DNA from: the human T2T-CHM13v2.0 reference genome, Homo sapiens
Assembly (NCBI RefSeq): GCF_009914755.1
Contig: NC_060926.1
DNA: 64,000 nt
Strand: one strand, 5' to 3'
A program made the position numbers and the translations under genes. Below the pieces are notes generated by a model. It was not told where the DNA came from and did not search any database. It saw only the letters and a list, made by a program, of their open reading frames with translations. Below, one piece after another: positions 44,225 to 59,308 of the stretch; position 1 is the first letter of the stretch, and the number at the start of each line of letters is the position of its first letter.

Positions 44225-45070
44225 AAAAGGAGGACTATATGGAGGCACCCAGGTGATCCACCTGGGCCCCTTTTGTTATTCGCATGACCAGTGGTAACTG
44301 TGAATGAAAAAGTGTTGCCACTGGGCCAGAAAAGAGTGTGGTGACCAAGGGCTTACATTCTGAACACTAGGAGTTAGGGTCGCATTACCAGCCAAGCCTC
44401 TCAAAGCTGTAGAGGTGAAAGCTGAAGGTGAGGGTAATTCAGAAGAGGAAGTGTATGGGAAGAGAATGAGTTACGGTTGTGGCTTCAAGAGTAACGCAAT
44501 GGTGGTGGTATATAGTTCCTCATAACAACTTTCCTTTTCTCATTTCCACTGAGGAAGCCCATGGAGGAGCTTCTCTCTGAATATGTAAGGTGAAGTGGGT
44601 ATTTTCCATATACCCTGCAGCTTGTAGGGCATACAGCCATGCTCAGATATCCTTGTAGAGACGAGCTGCTGTGAGGTGTGCAGAGTGTGGTGGCTTCCAG
44701 CTGCGCTGCTTGATATCTGCCTTTGAGCCAAGTCATAGGCAGCTAAATTTCAGCCAATGGCTGAGTGTGGTGGGGAATCGGGGCTTGATCATTTCTGCCC
44801 AACACAGTATCCTCCCTGGGCAATCCTTTTACTCAAGCTCCCTATGGGGCTGACAGAGTTTCTCCGATGTGCAGTTGTCTGTGTCTTCTCCTACCCATCT
44901 TCCTTCCTTCTCCCTCTCCTTTTGCCAGAGTCACCAGACATTCCTTGCAGTCTCAAGACTTTCCTTGCTTACTCTCACTCTTTACCCCTTTGTTTGTCAC
45001 AAGCATTATCAACCAAAACCTCTTATGCTTCCAACTTTGCAATAATATCTACTGCTGAGAGGAACCAAAC
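44225..45070 (+). mobile_element. ERVL internal 3' fragment plus an LTR16-like LTR
   Basis: Degenerate ERVL-int 3' motifs ('ggtgaccaagggct', 'gctgaaggtgagggtaat') followed by an LTR-like segment from ~44623. Confidence 0.5.
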
Positions 45071-45611
45071 TAACATTCATGATTAATTCCAGGTCTCTAG
45101 ATGAAGAGAAATATCTATCAGTAGGTAGGTTTAAACAATTCAATAAGTAATTATACTATTAACAATCTATAGACTGTTTGAAAAAAAATACACACAAATT
45201 AAAAGAAAACGTATTAATTTTATTTCATAATGAGTAACCACAGCTATTTACTAGTAAGATGTGTGTGACCATTTAGTGGTCTACAACTCCTTAAACCGTG
45301 GGAAAAGGTCAGGCACTGATGCATCTCTTCCTGTTACACATTGATGTTCATGTTCACTTGAATTTCCATCTTCACAGACTCGCAAAGATATAAAGCCATT
45401 GAAAGGATTGTAGCATGCTGTAATATTAAAACCATAACCAGGTTAGGAATTTACTCAGAGTCTGATAGACAGCAAGTATTGTTGTCCTTCCTTTGAAAAT
45501 TTTAGTCATCCAGTGACTTCTCTGTAGCCCTGTGTTACACCTTAGGGTTTACTTTGGCCATTTTACTGCATCTGTTTTTCTGAAGGTTCTTGCTCATTGT
45601 TCTTTGTCTGT

Positions 45612-46285
45612 TTATTTTATTTTTTATTTTAATTGTTTAAAGACTTTATTTTTTTGGAGCAGGTTTAGGTTCGCAGCAAAACTGAGAGGAAACTGCAGAG
45701 ATTTCCCATATACCCCCTGCCCCACACATACATAGCCTCCCCTAATATCAACACTCCCCTCCCCAGAGTGGTACGTTTGTTGTAATTGATCAACCTACAT
45801 TTGCACACCATCATCACCAAGAGACCATAGTTTACATCTGAGTTCACTTTTAATGGTGTACATTCTGTGGGTTTGGTGTATATATAATGACATGTATCTA
45901 CCATCATGGTATCATATGGAATAGTTTCACTGCCCTAAAAATTTCCCGTGCTCCACCTATCCATCCCCCCATCCCTTTAACCCCAGATATCTTTTTACTC
46001 TTTCTACAGTTTTTTTCCAGAATGTCATATAGTTGAAATCGTATGAAATATAGACTTTTCAGATTGGCTTCTTTCACTTAATAATATGCATTTTAAGCTC
46101 CACCATGTCTTTTCATTTTTTGTGTGTGTGCTCATATTTTTTAGTGCTAAATAATATTCTATTGTTTGGGTGTACTACTCTTTATTTATCTATTCATTTA
46201 CTTAAGGACATCTTGGTTTCTTCCAACTTTTGGCAATTATGAATAAAGCTGCTATAAACATTTGTGTGCAGGTTATCATGTGAAT
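45612..46285 (-). mobile_element. L1MC1/2-like 3' end
   Basis: 'ttaggttcgcagcaaaactgag...gatttcccatataccccctgcccc' and 'ttatgaataaagctgctataaacatt'. Confidence 0.88.
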
Positions 46286-49200
46286 GTTTAGTAATTTTAA
46301 ATATAAGCCATTCCTCTTCTAGAAATATTTCAGAATTCTGTGAGCTCCAGAGGGAATTTGCTTTTACTTCTGCTATTTGCCTATATGCATTACAAATCTG
46401 TTTTCCTTTAATTTTAGACTTCATACATATTGGGAATTCAGAATGAAAACCCATGTCAGGGCTCATTTGTAGTTCCAAATTCCCAGGAGAAAGATTTATC
46501 CCCTTCCGATTGGCATGAACTTTGAAATAGCATGCTGCCTTGTTCTTTACCTTCCCTCACCTTGCTCTTCTACCTTTGTCCTTTCATGACAGTAAAATCT
46601 TTGAGTTTCCAGGTTTGTGTGGGAAATCTCCTGTTAGATTTCTTCCTACATGGCCTGGTCCTAGGCTTACTGTCTGCCTGCATGACCTATGTAACTCTCA
46701 GTGTGGAAGCTCAATATTTCAGGATCTGATGGGAGCCCTCAGGATGGAGGCTGGACTTCCTATCTCCTAGGGTGCCTGGTGTCACTTCATTTTGCATATG
46801 TGTGTGCATGTGTGTGTGTGTGTATTTAATACCAGGTCTGCTCAGCAATATATTTAAAGAGTTAGGGATTTTTGTTTTCTTTTTTTTTTTTTTTGTATTT
46901 TGGTTTTTTTTTTTTCCATAATATAGCCTGTATATTACTTCTTTCCCTAGGGAGGACTATTCATAGTATCTGATTTGCCATAGTTCTAGAAATGAAAGGC
47001 TCTCCATTCATTCTTCCATTCATTATGACCTGACTCTGACTCTCCAACTTTATACACTGCTTTCAGTGAAACCACTCAAACATTTTTTGTTACCAAGTCC
47101 CATGAACATGCTTGTGTTCTCCTTCATCTCAACTTCTGTGAGGCCACAACATCTGGGAAAGTTCTTTTCTCCCTGGTCCGTACCTCGATTTCTCCAAGCC
47201 CAATGGATGTACTGTTCTTTTCAGTATTCTGTCAGAGGAGCACTTTTTTTTTTCATTATACATCCAGTTAGCGTGAGAAAGTCGCCTTATCTGCTCCTCT
47301 GACTTCAATTAGAATCTAGATAATAATAACTCCCAAATCTGTATTTTTGTATACCCAGACATATAACTAACTGTACCCATGATGTCGTCTATAAAACAGG
47401 CTTCTATTCCCGTTCAGGGAAGATATTTAGAAATTATGAGAGAGACATTAAGAATAGCACCCATTCCTTACGACAGTACTGGAAAACAGCTTTCTAATTT
47501 GAGGTGGGGCAGGTTGCAATGATATCTCATGAACATGATAAGTGTGGTTTATGGGAAATTATCCCTGAGGATTCCATATAAAGCTGATATTCTAATTCTC
47601 ATAGAATAAAGGAAACTACAACCTGGAATGAAGAGCTGTTTTCTCATCCCACCACCCACCATCCACCTCTGCTCACACAACTCTCATCTTGCCTTCCCCA
47701 GAGACTCGACCTACTCACTTCCCTTGGATATTTTTGGTTCAAACACGTGTCTCCTCAATTTGAGACATTAACAAATAGATGCAAGTCTAGATTGGAGAGT
47801 TAAGTATTTTGGAGGGAATACTGACAATTCTGGAAGACAACGCAAGGGAGAATTAATAAAGAAGGATGGACTAGAAAGAATGAAAGAAGTAGATTTAGGA
47901 AAGGCAGGAAAGTGTTTCCCCAGGGGGCATGAGAGGGCCTATGTAAACCAACCTGCAATCATGGGGAGGATCTTGAATTGTCTGAAGTGGGAGGTCCTTC
48001 ATCTTATGTTGAACATGAACTCACAGTACCAGGGCTTCGGCTGGATGTTCAATTTCCCATCCTCTTTTTTACTTTGCGGAAACTTCAAGATTCAAGCCTG
48101 GAGCCTGGAGGGAAATAGTCTCCCCTCACTTCCCATGTGCAGAATCAGAGAAAATTTCATTTATCACAACACTCCTTCTTCTACAATGCAATTGCACATT
48201 TCCTTAATTCTGTCCTTTACCATATTCTAACTTGAAAGTGAAGACTGGCTTTTGTTTCTAATCATTATTTTCTACCTTCTAGTACAATAAATATTTTACT
48301 GAAAACCAAGAAGTTTTGAATACACTTCTTTTAAAGAAATACCTATGAACATTAAACAGTAATATTAGAAGCATGAACAGAGAGATCTCTGAAGGCTCAG
48401 ACAGCTGCATTAAGTAAAAACAAATGGCTCTTTCGGATTCTTTGTCTTCTCCCATTCCTGACTTTTGAGATTATACTTCATAAAAATATAAATATATTTA
48501 TTATTAGATATTTTAATGATATTTTACAAACATAGAATCAAAGAATTACATATCCATCAACTACACACCAAGCATGATGTTTTGAATCTGAGTGATTTCT
48601 ATAGCATGTTCAACAAAATCTGTGAATATGTTTGGAGTATCAATCTATTTCCTGGGGAAAAGAGAGGGAAGGGATGCTACAAAGAGAAACAAGCTTGGTT
48701 ATCCCAATACAAAGTACATCCTAAAGGAGGTTTCAACAGATTGACATGGTAATAAGGCCATTTGCTTTCATAAAATCATCTTTGTGGCTACATACCTAAA
48801 ACATGCCTCATTTTCCTACCTGACTCAATTTGGCCAGGAGACAGACCCATAATGGGTTTTGCTTGTATAATATGCTTTGCTGAATATTTCCCCCAGATAG
48901 AGGAAGAGAGCAGGAATAACTCTCTGTATTGTGCTACTACTGTTGAGAAATGCCGCAGGCATTGAGCCATAAAGAAGTTCCACGGGAGCTTTGTGAAAGG
49001 CTTAAAAAGAAAAGAGGCTCTAAGATGAGGAAGGATCCCAGCAAAGAACATGAGAAGGAGTGCCTTCTTGGCCTGCTCTCTCCTCTCTCTTCTACATCCT
49101 CCCTCATGTGTCTATTTGGTTAATCCACGAAAAGGGCACTTCACCTATCAGATGGTTTTTAAGGATATGACATTGCTGAAATGATGTCAGTAGAGATTTA

Positions 49201-49980
49201 TTTGAAATTATAATACTATTCAGAACATATAGAGTATGTCAAATACTAGCTTGTCCAAAATGTATAAAACGGACTTAGAATCTTTTTTTTTTAATACAGA
49301 AGCTTAAGCGCTTTCGTGAAGTCATGAATATTTAGTTTCAATGTGGGAAATTCACACCATTACATGGAAAATAGATTCCTCGTAGGAGATCCCAGCCCAA
49401 GTATTCAAAGGGCTTTCAGGCTTTGGAGGTGAAAGAGAGACAGTTTTTCTTGCCATTGACAGAGCGTATGTCGCCTGGTTATCTTCTGCTTTCAATCCAC
49501 ACAGCAAGAGGCATTTCGGCTGTCAAGCAATGACACTCTATCAAGGAGGCTTTCAGAAAAAAAGTGCTAGGGACAGAGCATGGCAGCATTAGCCAATGAC
49601 ATCTTCTCAGGACCCCTTTCTCCCTCCCTAATTTTTTTTAAGAAATAGAGTAAAAAATATTTTGTACAATCAAAGATGACCTTATCCTTTTCTTTATTTG
49701 GTAGGCTTCATCCAAGAATGATAGCTGGGGCACATTAAAGTCTACTGCTGAGCATTGGAATGAGAGCCAGGGAATTCTAATCTTTCTTTTTTTAATTTTT
49801 TTTTGTCTCCACAATCCTGTGCTTAATAAATTTAAGCAAATCATCCAGCCTCTCTGTGCCTGAGCTTCTACAGCAACCAAATGAGGGTATCAGTATTTGT
49901 TGTACTCTCACTTTTGGAAAATTTGTCAGGAAATGTACACAATATGTGAGTGCATGTATGGGAATGCACCTATGTGTATA

Positions 49981-50060
49981 AGAGTGTGTGTGTTTGTGTG
50001 TGTGTGAGTGTGTGAGAGAGAGAGAGGAAGAGAGAGAGAGAGGGAAAGAGAGAGAGAGAG
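49981..50060. repeat. Compound (TG)n(GA)n microsatellite
   Basis: Direct reading. Confidence 0.95.
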
Positions 50061-51067
50061 ATTATTTTGTGGGAAGCAAAAAGATTAGAGTGATAGCTAA
50101 GCCTTATATAAGTATGCCATGAATTATACTATTATTTTTGTTGTACTATAAGATGGTTTATAGAAGCTAAATGCTATTTAATATAGACTGTACATTTTCT
50201 GAATTTAGAATAAGTTAGGGAGCTTTTACTTACCTTTGAACATTCACGTTTGGATGTTTCAAAGCAACCGGACAATAAAACTTTATTCATTGATATCACA
50301 TTTCACTGATACTTTAAGAGCACTTTATATTTTTAGAAATGATGACTTACGTATTTCCAGTTGTAGAATTTTATGGTAGGATCTTACTTTAAATGCTGCC
50401 ATTATTTTGTATGTAAGGAAACAGAGGTGTGGTGAAGTTCTATGATTTGACCAAGCATACAGTGTCAGAGCCAGGACTGGGAAACAATACACTTGGTGAC
50501 AACGTTTTGAGGAAAACCAGTTTCAAAGTGGCTTCTCTGTTTAGGAATTATTCACTCTGTTTTCATTATATATGGCCAAAAGCTATTATCTCAATGCCCT
50601 GGGGAACTTTGTCTAGTATCTCTCCAACCTTCCATTGTCCAGATCAAATATTGCTGTGTCCTTAGACTGAGGGTTACATACTGATTCTTCCTCTTTTCTC
50701 TCTCAAATTCCTCAGTCGACTCTGTAGGTACCTTGGGTGAATTTCTGAGAGCTGATTTTTTAAATATATTTCACAACTAAGATGTTGCATTTAGACATAA
50801 TTGCCATCTAAAATAAGAGAAGTAAATGAACTAGGCTGGGAATATTGGTCACTCTGAGTCAGAATGTTGCAGGGGTCCTGGCACAAATATCAGAATGCAT
50901 CCGAAGGTGCATAGGTGCCAGAAGAACACCTATGACCCAATCCAAATGTTGGGAATACACATGGAAGGCATCAGTCCTGGCTCCTTGGGAGTATCATATC
51001 GTTAAAGTCTGGGGTGATGTAATTTATTTAATTATCAGTTTAATAACATAAGAATTCTAAATATCTG

Positions 51068-51450
51068 TATATTAGTCTGCCAGGGGTGTTACAACAAAGT
51101 ACAACAAACTGGGAGGATTCAATTACACATTTATTGTCTTGCCACTCTGGAGGCTGGAAGTTTGAGATCAAGGTGTTAGCAGGGTGGGTTCCTCTGCAGG
51201 CTGTGAGGGAGGGATCTCTTCTAGGCCTGGTTCCTTGACTTGTACATGTTTGTCTTCTCTATGTGTCTTCTTGCATTGTCTTCTCTCTATTAATAAGTGA
51301 CAGCAGTTGTTTGGGTTAGGGTCCTGAGGACCTCATTTTAACTAGATTTCCTCTATAAGTACCTCTCTTCAAATAAGGTCACATTTTCAGATTCTGGAGG
51401 TTAGAACTCCAACAACTTTCTTTTAGAGGGATACAATTCAGCCCATAGCA
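51068..51450 (-). mobile_element. MLT1 (A-C-like) MaLR LTR
   Basis: 'ctggaggctggaagtttgagatcaaggtgttagcagg', 'caaataaggtcacatt', 'acaattcagcccata'. Confidence 0.85.
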
Positions 51451-51907
51451 AGGTACTTTCTTTACTCCCTGCCTTCAAAGTGTAAACTATGGCAAGTCTT
51501 CCCCCACTGTTAGGGGCTAAAGATGAAAAACAAAAATGATACCCTGAGACAGTCTGGCATTGGATTGGGGATTGGAGGAGAAGAAGGGTTGCTTGGAATT
51601 GCTCTACTGGTTGAGATTGTCATAGAATCAGGCCATCTTCCAAAGAGTGTCAGAGCATCAGACAGAGTTTGGGGAGTCTGATACCTCTGGACTACACTGT
51701 TGTCCTGGTTCACTCTCTGACCTCTAGACAGGGTCTTTTCAGTTGGGCACTGTGTACAACAGCCCTTTCTATATCCGAGAGAAGGATTCAGCCCTCACCC
51801 AGTGGTCAGAGATGTGGGGCAGACAGAACATGCTTATGCTGCTGCTGGTGTCCAGTACATTACATGTGAACTCTCCCCTTATTCAAGGAAGAGCTCTAAG
51901 TAGATAA

Positions 51908-52260
51908 ATCAATGATAGACTGGATAAAGAAAATGTGGCACATATACACCCTGGAATACTATTCAGCCATAAAAAAGAATGAGTCATGTCCTTTGCAGGG
52001 ACATGGATGAAGCTGGAAACCATCATTCTCAGCAAACTAACAAAGAAACAGAAAACCAATCACCGCATGTTCTCACTCATAAATGGGAGCTGAACAATGA
52101 GAGAACACATAGATACAGGGAGGGGAACATCACACTCCAGAGCCTGTTGGGGGGTGGGGGGCTAGGGGAGGGATAGCATTAGGAGAAATACTTAATGTAG
52201 ATGACGGGTTGATGGGTGCAGCAAACCACCATGGCACATGTGTACCTATGTAACAAACCT
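51908..52260 (+). mobile_element. L1PA7-like fragment (end of ORF2 plus 3' UTR, no poly-A)
   Basis: Starts 'atcaatgatagactggataaag', contains 'gggatagcattaggagaaata', and stops at 'gtaacaaacct'. Confidence 0.93.
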
Positions 52261-53514
52261 AAATAAATCTAACTATGTTAATAAAATATAACTGACAGTA
52301 TCTTAAATATATGGCTGACATTACAACAAATAAAGGAAAATCCATAAAGCCTGAAACATTGAGAAACAAAATCTAAATGATAAGTAATATTGATGCGTTA
52401 ACATTCCTGATGGCATTTGCTTGTCTGTGTAACCAAGCTATGTGTATTTCAATGGAAATGAAGTGAAGAAGATAAGGTAGGCTTGGAGCTGAGGCACTGA
52501 CCTAAAGCTGGGTATGGACCTACCTTTAGCAAAAATGTAGACTAGAAAAAGGAAATTCATCATTCAATAAGGTAAGAAAATTAATGAAACTTGTGTTGGT
52601 CTGAGCTTTGCCTGGAAAAAATGTCATACCCTGAGAATTTATAACCGTGATACTGCCCCACATGGGTTTGAGATTTGAACTTAAACTTTCTGCAAGGTAA
52701 CAGAAAACTGTAAGTTAAGAAATTAACATAAAAACTCATCCACGAAGTCACGCAAACAAGAAATACAGAATGTATCCCCTCCCAAGAAGTTGAGACAATG
52801 AAATGATCAAATGCAAATTATAAAATAATTATGTTTAAGATGAGAAACCTTCAGACAGTTTTTCCTAATGACTATATTAAATTACCTTCCCACCAACAAG
52901 ATACAAGTGTTCCCTTTTCTTTACATAAGTTTCTTTTGTATGAAAAATACTTACCAAGGCAGTTTTTAATGAAGGAAACACAGAACATCTTAAGAAAAAT
53001 CCAGCTCCCCAAGTCTCTCACATTCCCCGCCAGCATATATGGACGTGGACGTCGGCTGTTGAATGAGAATTCATCAGGCATAAGCGGTGCCCTTTGCTAA
53101 TGTCACTGGGTGTTTATGCTGTCCCAAATTTTCCATGTCACTTGAATATTCTTTATATTTTAACTATGTTCTACTCTCCAAGTATAAAAATCTTGTCTAA
53201 ATAACCCCACACACTCCTAAGTATTTCATCTGAGATTGGGTAAAGGAAATGTCAATTTCCCAGTTACACCAAGTCCAGCTTTTAGACATATCAGAGGTCC
53301 ATCCTTTAAAGTGGTACTCATACTTTAAGGCTTTTCATCAATATTACGATGCTATCTTCCAAAAAGATAGCGTGTTTAATAAGATGAAGGAACACCTGGT
53401 TTGAGATGATATATTCAAAGTAAGACCTGAAATAAAAAAATCGCCACTGATGTATTAATATCAAGGAAGACATGCATTTCCAACTGTGTAATGAGAGGTA
53501 TTTGTAAACAAAAC

Positions 53515-53604
53515 AAATTTTTGTAAAGTAAGGTAAGAGGCTACAATTAATAAATAAATAAATTTCTGTAAAGTAAGGTAAGAGGCTATAATTAGTAATA
53601 ATAA
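53515..53604. repeat. 45-bp tandem duplication (2 copies)
   Basis: 'aaattt(t/c)tgtaaagtaaggtaagaggcta(c/t)aatta' at 53515 and 53560. Confidence 0.92.
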
Positions 53605-53617
53605 ACTGATATATTAG

Positions 53618-53927
<310 letters not shown>

Positions 53928-53994
53928 TTAGTATTATTGCTCATTACAACTTTCATCATTATCATTTCTCTTTTCAGTACTGAGCTCTTACTAA

Positions 53995-54054
53995 TAAGCT
54001 AGAATAAACCAGGTTATTCCATGGTGGCAAACAACCAGTGTATCTCTCTGCTTA

Positions 54055-54114
<60 letters not shown>

Positions 54115-54400
54115 AGTTTTATTTCTTGCTCATGCTGCATATGCAGCACCACAATATGGCTGGGGACTCTGCCCCAGGCTGCCTCGCTCCAGGACCCTGA
54201 GTGTTGAAGCAACCACCATCTCAACTGGCAGATAATTCGGGAGAGAATTTCATCTGCACGTTAATGGTCTGGCCCCAAAGTGCTATGCATCATCATATCT
54301 GCTCACAGCTCGTCAGTCATAGCTCATCACACTGCCCAAGCCAACTTCAGTGGGACCAACAAGTGCAATAAGAAAAACTGAAAATATTTGGTAAGCAGCA
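53995..54400 (-). mobile_element. Old MLT1 (K/L-like) LTR
   Basis: 'aagttttatttcttgctcatgctgcatatg' and 'ctccaggaccc'. Confidence 0.6.
54057..54112. repeat. (GAAA)14 tetranucleotide STR
   Basis: Perfect repeat, direct count. Confidence 0.97.
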
Positions 54401-54520
54401 CTCATGAAAATCAGCATATGCTCTTATCATCACTATTTTTTGTTGTTTATTTTTCTTTCAACATGCAAAAATCACTCTCTCCACCTGAAGGGAGCCAGGC
54501 TAGTTCCATTTACTTTGGAC

Positions 54521-55165
<645 letters not shown>

Positions 55166-58100
55166 AGAAACTTTATTCTAACTGGCATGAAAGAAACTTT
55201 ATTGCTGACATCTTTTTGCTTTCTCATTTTGGTAACAACTCTGTAGTCTTTGACCTAGCCATTCTACTTTTAGGCATTAGAATGATCACCACAGGCATCA
55301 TTTATAAAAAAAATCAGCATTATCATTGTCATTATCACCATCGTCATTTATTTAATTGATTAATTAAAGGACCAAATTGTTCTTTGTTAAATACATCTTG
55401 GTATGTGTAAAGAGTTGAGTGGTATTTGTGGCTGGACATACTAGTTCTGATGAAACATTAGGAGTTAAAACAGTAAATAATAACTTATTATTATATTATA
55501 ATTATTATCCCAATAAATGCTTTACCAAAGTAAAGAAATTCATTGACGTACTTTTATGCTCTTTAAAAACTTTCTGATTGCTTTCTCTTACCCTTTCCTT
55601 TATCTCCCTCTATAGCAAAGATCTCATGACTCTCTATAGAAAAACAAATTATAAAAACAAGCAAACAAATACACAGAAAACAAATGAGGTTCTCAAGAAA
55701 GGAATTAGCCATAGTTCTAATTTGTGTAACTTTCAGCCATGGTTTGCTAACATAAAGATTATCTGTAAATCAAGCATCTGCTCTCTTGCTGGTTGGTAGC
55801 CTTTTTTTTCCCCATGCTCTTTCACATCAGCACATTGGCTCCAGAATACCCAGAATTTCAGAACTCCAATAAATGATGCGAGGACCTGGTTGCAGGAAGA
55901 GTCATCCCTTGAGAAGTCTGTATTTTGCCTAAAGTGACAGTAAACAGTTTTTCTTCCCTCTACCAAAAGTCTCATTAAGTATGCCCTTCGGTGCCAATTT
56001 AGAAAACAAAACAAGAACTTAGAGCAAATTTCTGTTCTTATTCCATATTTTCTTTTCTTCTCTGGTGTTTGCATATTGAATTTTATTTATCATGCTCAAG
56101 TATAGTATGTATTTTATTTTTTATTCTCTTTTTCTCTTTTTTTAAATTTTTTTCCCAAGGTTAAACTCAGTCCTCCACAATTTTGATCATCTGTTGCCTT
56201 TTGTTTTATATGCCTTTTTCCTCCTGTTCACAGCATTATTGGAAGGAATACATCATTATGAAGCATTTTTTCAAAATATAAAGTGGTGATAAGTAGGTTT
56301 AGAATAATTAAAAGCTGTTCTTAGTTTCCTGTTCTCTTCCATCCCATCATTTCAGTTTTGAGGATTTCCTCACATTACTCCAACTCTTTATATTTATCCA
56401 GCTTAAAATGGAAGTGAAAGCACTGTTGAGTTCTCAATTCCTCTCCTCTGGCACTAGGCTTCTGTCTATTTCTTCATGCATTTTTCATCTTCCATTAATA
56501 TTTATTGATCATCACAATATGGTAGGTGCTGTATAGCAGAGAAGACCATCCAAAGCCACTTCAGCCACTGATGATACAGAAAATGTCTTCTCAGCTGCTC
56601 TTGACTTCAGCAATACCATATCTCTCTGAGTACTTAGAATCCACTTTCCAACAGTCATTTAGTCTTAAGAGAAGCTTTACCACTTTTCCTGTAGCTTTAT
56701 GCTCTCCCTTGAACTATTATTTACCATTAAATACTATTCATGTATTCATTCCTTTTTTGCTGTGAACAACATTTGTGGGTTAAAAATTGAAGTTTGAAAC
56801 CAATAAAGAATCCACTTCATAGTTGTTATAAATAATAACCCTGTTTTACAACCTTGGCTCATGACTGAAATGTACCAGTAGAAAGGGTATTGATTTGTAC
56901 TGGATTCCTTCTTGTTTCAGTCCCCAGATTAGTGTCAGGTTGTTCTCTATTAAAATATTGTTTTGGTACATCCTCCTGCTCCTAACTTACCATACCTGGA
57001 GGATCATATAGAGCCTGCCTGGGGAGATGGGCACTGTCATCATGGATCCCAACCAAAGATGGCAGTGGGGAGGCACTGCACTGGTCTTTGGGATGTGCTC
57101 ACATTCTCCCGCATCCTTTATTGATTCCCCATAGGCTCAGGGTTCTGCTTTGCTTGTGTCCATAGTGCAATCAGAACACAGTTATTGATGATGGCAGATA
57201 CCTACAGGCCTTCCTAGCTAAGCTTTAGCAGAGTTGGGGGGCAGGGGGAAAATGGAGGGGAGAAATCTGGCCCTGTCTACCCCAAGATGTATTGCTCTTA
57301 CTCTCCTGTGTGGTCATTGTAAATCTAATATATCAGATGCTATTTTCAGGGAGCCTCATTAAACTGTCAGGAAAACTTTCAAGGGAATAACCAGTGTCTC
57401 AGTAAACAACATCTCATAATAGTTGTATTTATTTCTTTATTATTAAAAAATGCAGATGAATCCACATTCAGAAACTTTTCTCATTTCTACAATTATTTCT
57501 ACGACCCCAGTTAGATAATAATTATATTTATTAGCAGTACAGAAAATAAATAATACTTTGGGTTGAAAACAAGTGCTATCCTTTTATAAATTTTGTCTAT
57601 AATCTGATTTGAAAAGTTTGATGTTTCAGTATTAGGTAAGGAGGTAATGAAAATTTTTATTATTTGGTTTTATTGAAGAACAATAATTAGAGATTCTGTT
57701 TTTTAATTTCATTTTTGTTTTATTTTAGTATTACAATGGAAAACAAAATGAATAAACAAAAGTTTAGAGAAAATTATGGTGAAGGAATATAAAGAAGGAT
57801 ATATTTGTGCAGTCAACAAAGACATAGTTGTAAAATGTATGAAGAATCGGTAATTTGAACATATTTTTAATTGCACTGGGCCTTTTTGAGGTAACAATGT
57901 TCTAGATAGAGAACAGAATCTCTGTGAAGAGATTCTAGTAAGTGCTACAAAGTATGTCTCTGAGATGCTGTTGCTTCTGTAAGATAATTGTAAGACTTAG
58001 ATGATGTTACGTCTAATAAAATGTACAATTATAATATCAGAGGTTGATTTTGTTTAAATGATTATCTGAGTAGGAGAAACAAATATAAAGGTGGAAAATG

Positions 58101-59014
58101 ATGGGAAATGATTGGTTTAATTTTTCCCTACTTTTTAACAAGCTGAGGTTTTGTTTATATGTGACCTTGATTTCTCTGGGGAAGAAATCAGAACCATATG
58201 GCAAAATTAATCTAAAGAAGCAACACAAACTAAAACTGTGAGAAGAAATTGCAGCACTCATCAACACAAATAAACACAGAAAAAAAATAAGAGAGTCTGG
58301 GCTCACAGCACATCTCCAACTGAACACGAATCCGGACCCTGTTTTAATGATATCAGGTAACTGGTTGCATAGGCAAATTAGATACTTAAGTCTGGAAAAT
58401 ATTTGGGCTTACCATGATTTCTTATTTATTGTCTTAACATAGTTACAATGAATTAGGACTTTGGATAAAATAATTAAATCTGACTTCATCTCCTACCAAA
58501 AGTTCTAGAGCTGGCCTTCTGTGGGAATCGATGAAATTAGGGAAGAAATTTTGGTGGGAAAGACTCAGTAGAGAGGTAAAGTTAAAATAGAAATGCATGA
58601 AAGATACAGTTAATTAACTTTCTATTGTGCATACATTTCTCTTTAACAAGTTCACTATATATTTTTTGAAATTGATACTAAATATGTTGATGTTTTCACA
58701 AAAGGTTGAATAGAGCTTTATGCCGTAGAATTCATTTTTGGAAACTCACAAATAATAGGGAGTAAAAGGGTGGGAAATTAGCTAGACACTGTTTTATTTA
58801 TTTGGGATTTATAGGGACCCCTTCTTTAAGCTCATAATCCTGCGTTTCAAATTTGCTACTGAATCATGATTACTAGATGGAATTTACAGGATCCACTCAA
58901 CATAAAATCTTAGTACTGCTGTGACCAACTGTGGTCATCACTACCTCCCCCACCTCTCCCCAGGCTCCACCCTCGTCCCTAGAGCCTGCCCTCCAGTCAT
59001 CCTTGTTTATTCAG

Positions 59015-59240
59015 CCCTGAGACATTGTGCTAAGCTCTGCCCCATGGTATCTTATTTAGTTTCTACAACATTTAAATGAGATAAATACAATTTTTATTCC
59101 AATTTTACAGATAAGGGGATGGAGGCTTATGGTGGTTGAGTAACTTATGTGAAGTCACATAGCTAAGAGATGGAAAGCTGGGCTTTGAATCCATGGAGTC
59201 TAATTCCAGAGCTTGCATGCTAACCTCCAAACCCTGTGCA
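59015..59240 (-). mobile_element. MIR
   Basis: 'attttacagataagggg...gagtaacttatgtgaagtcacatagctaag'. Confidence 0.8.
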
Positions 59241-59308
59241 GTGCATTCATCATGTCTGATGTGGGGGAGGAAGTGCAGCCTGGTGCTTTGGAGCAAAGCA
59301 AATGTAAA

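Noticed and set aside
53030-53100. CpG cluster with a CArG-like gcatatatgg
   Set aside because: The motif is mismatched and the cluster is too short to support a call.
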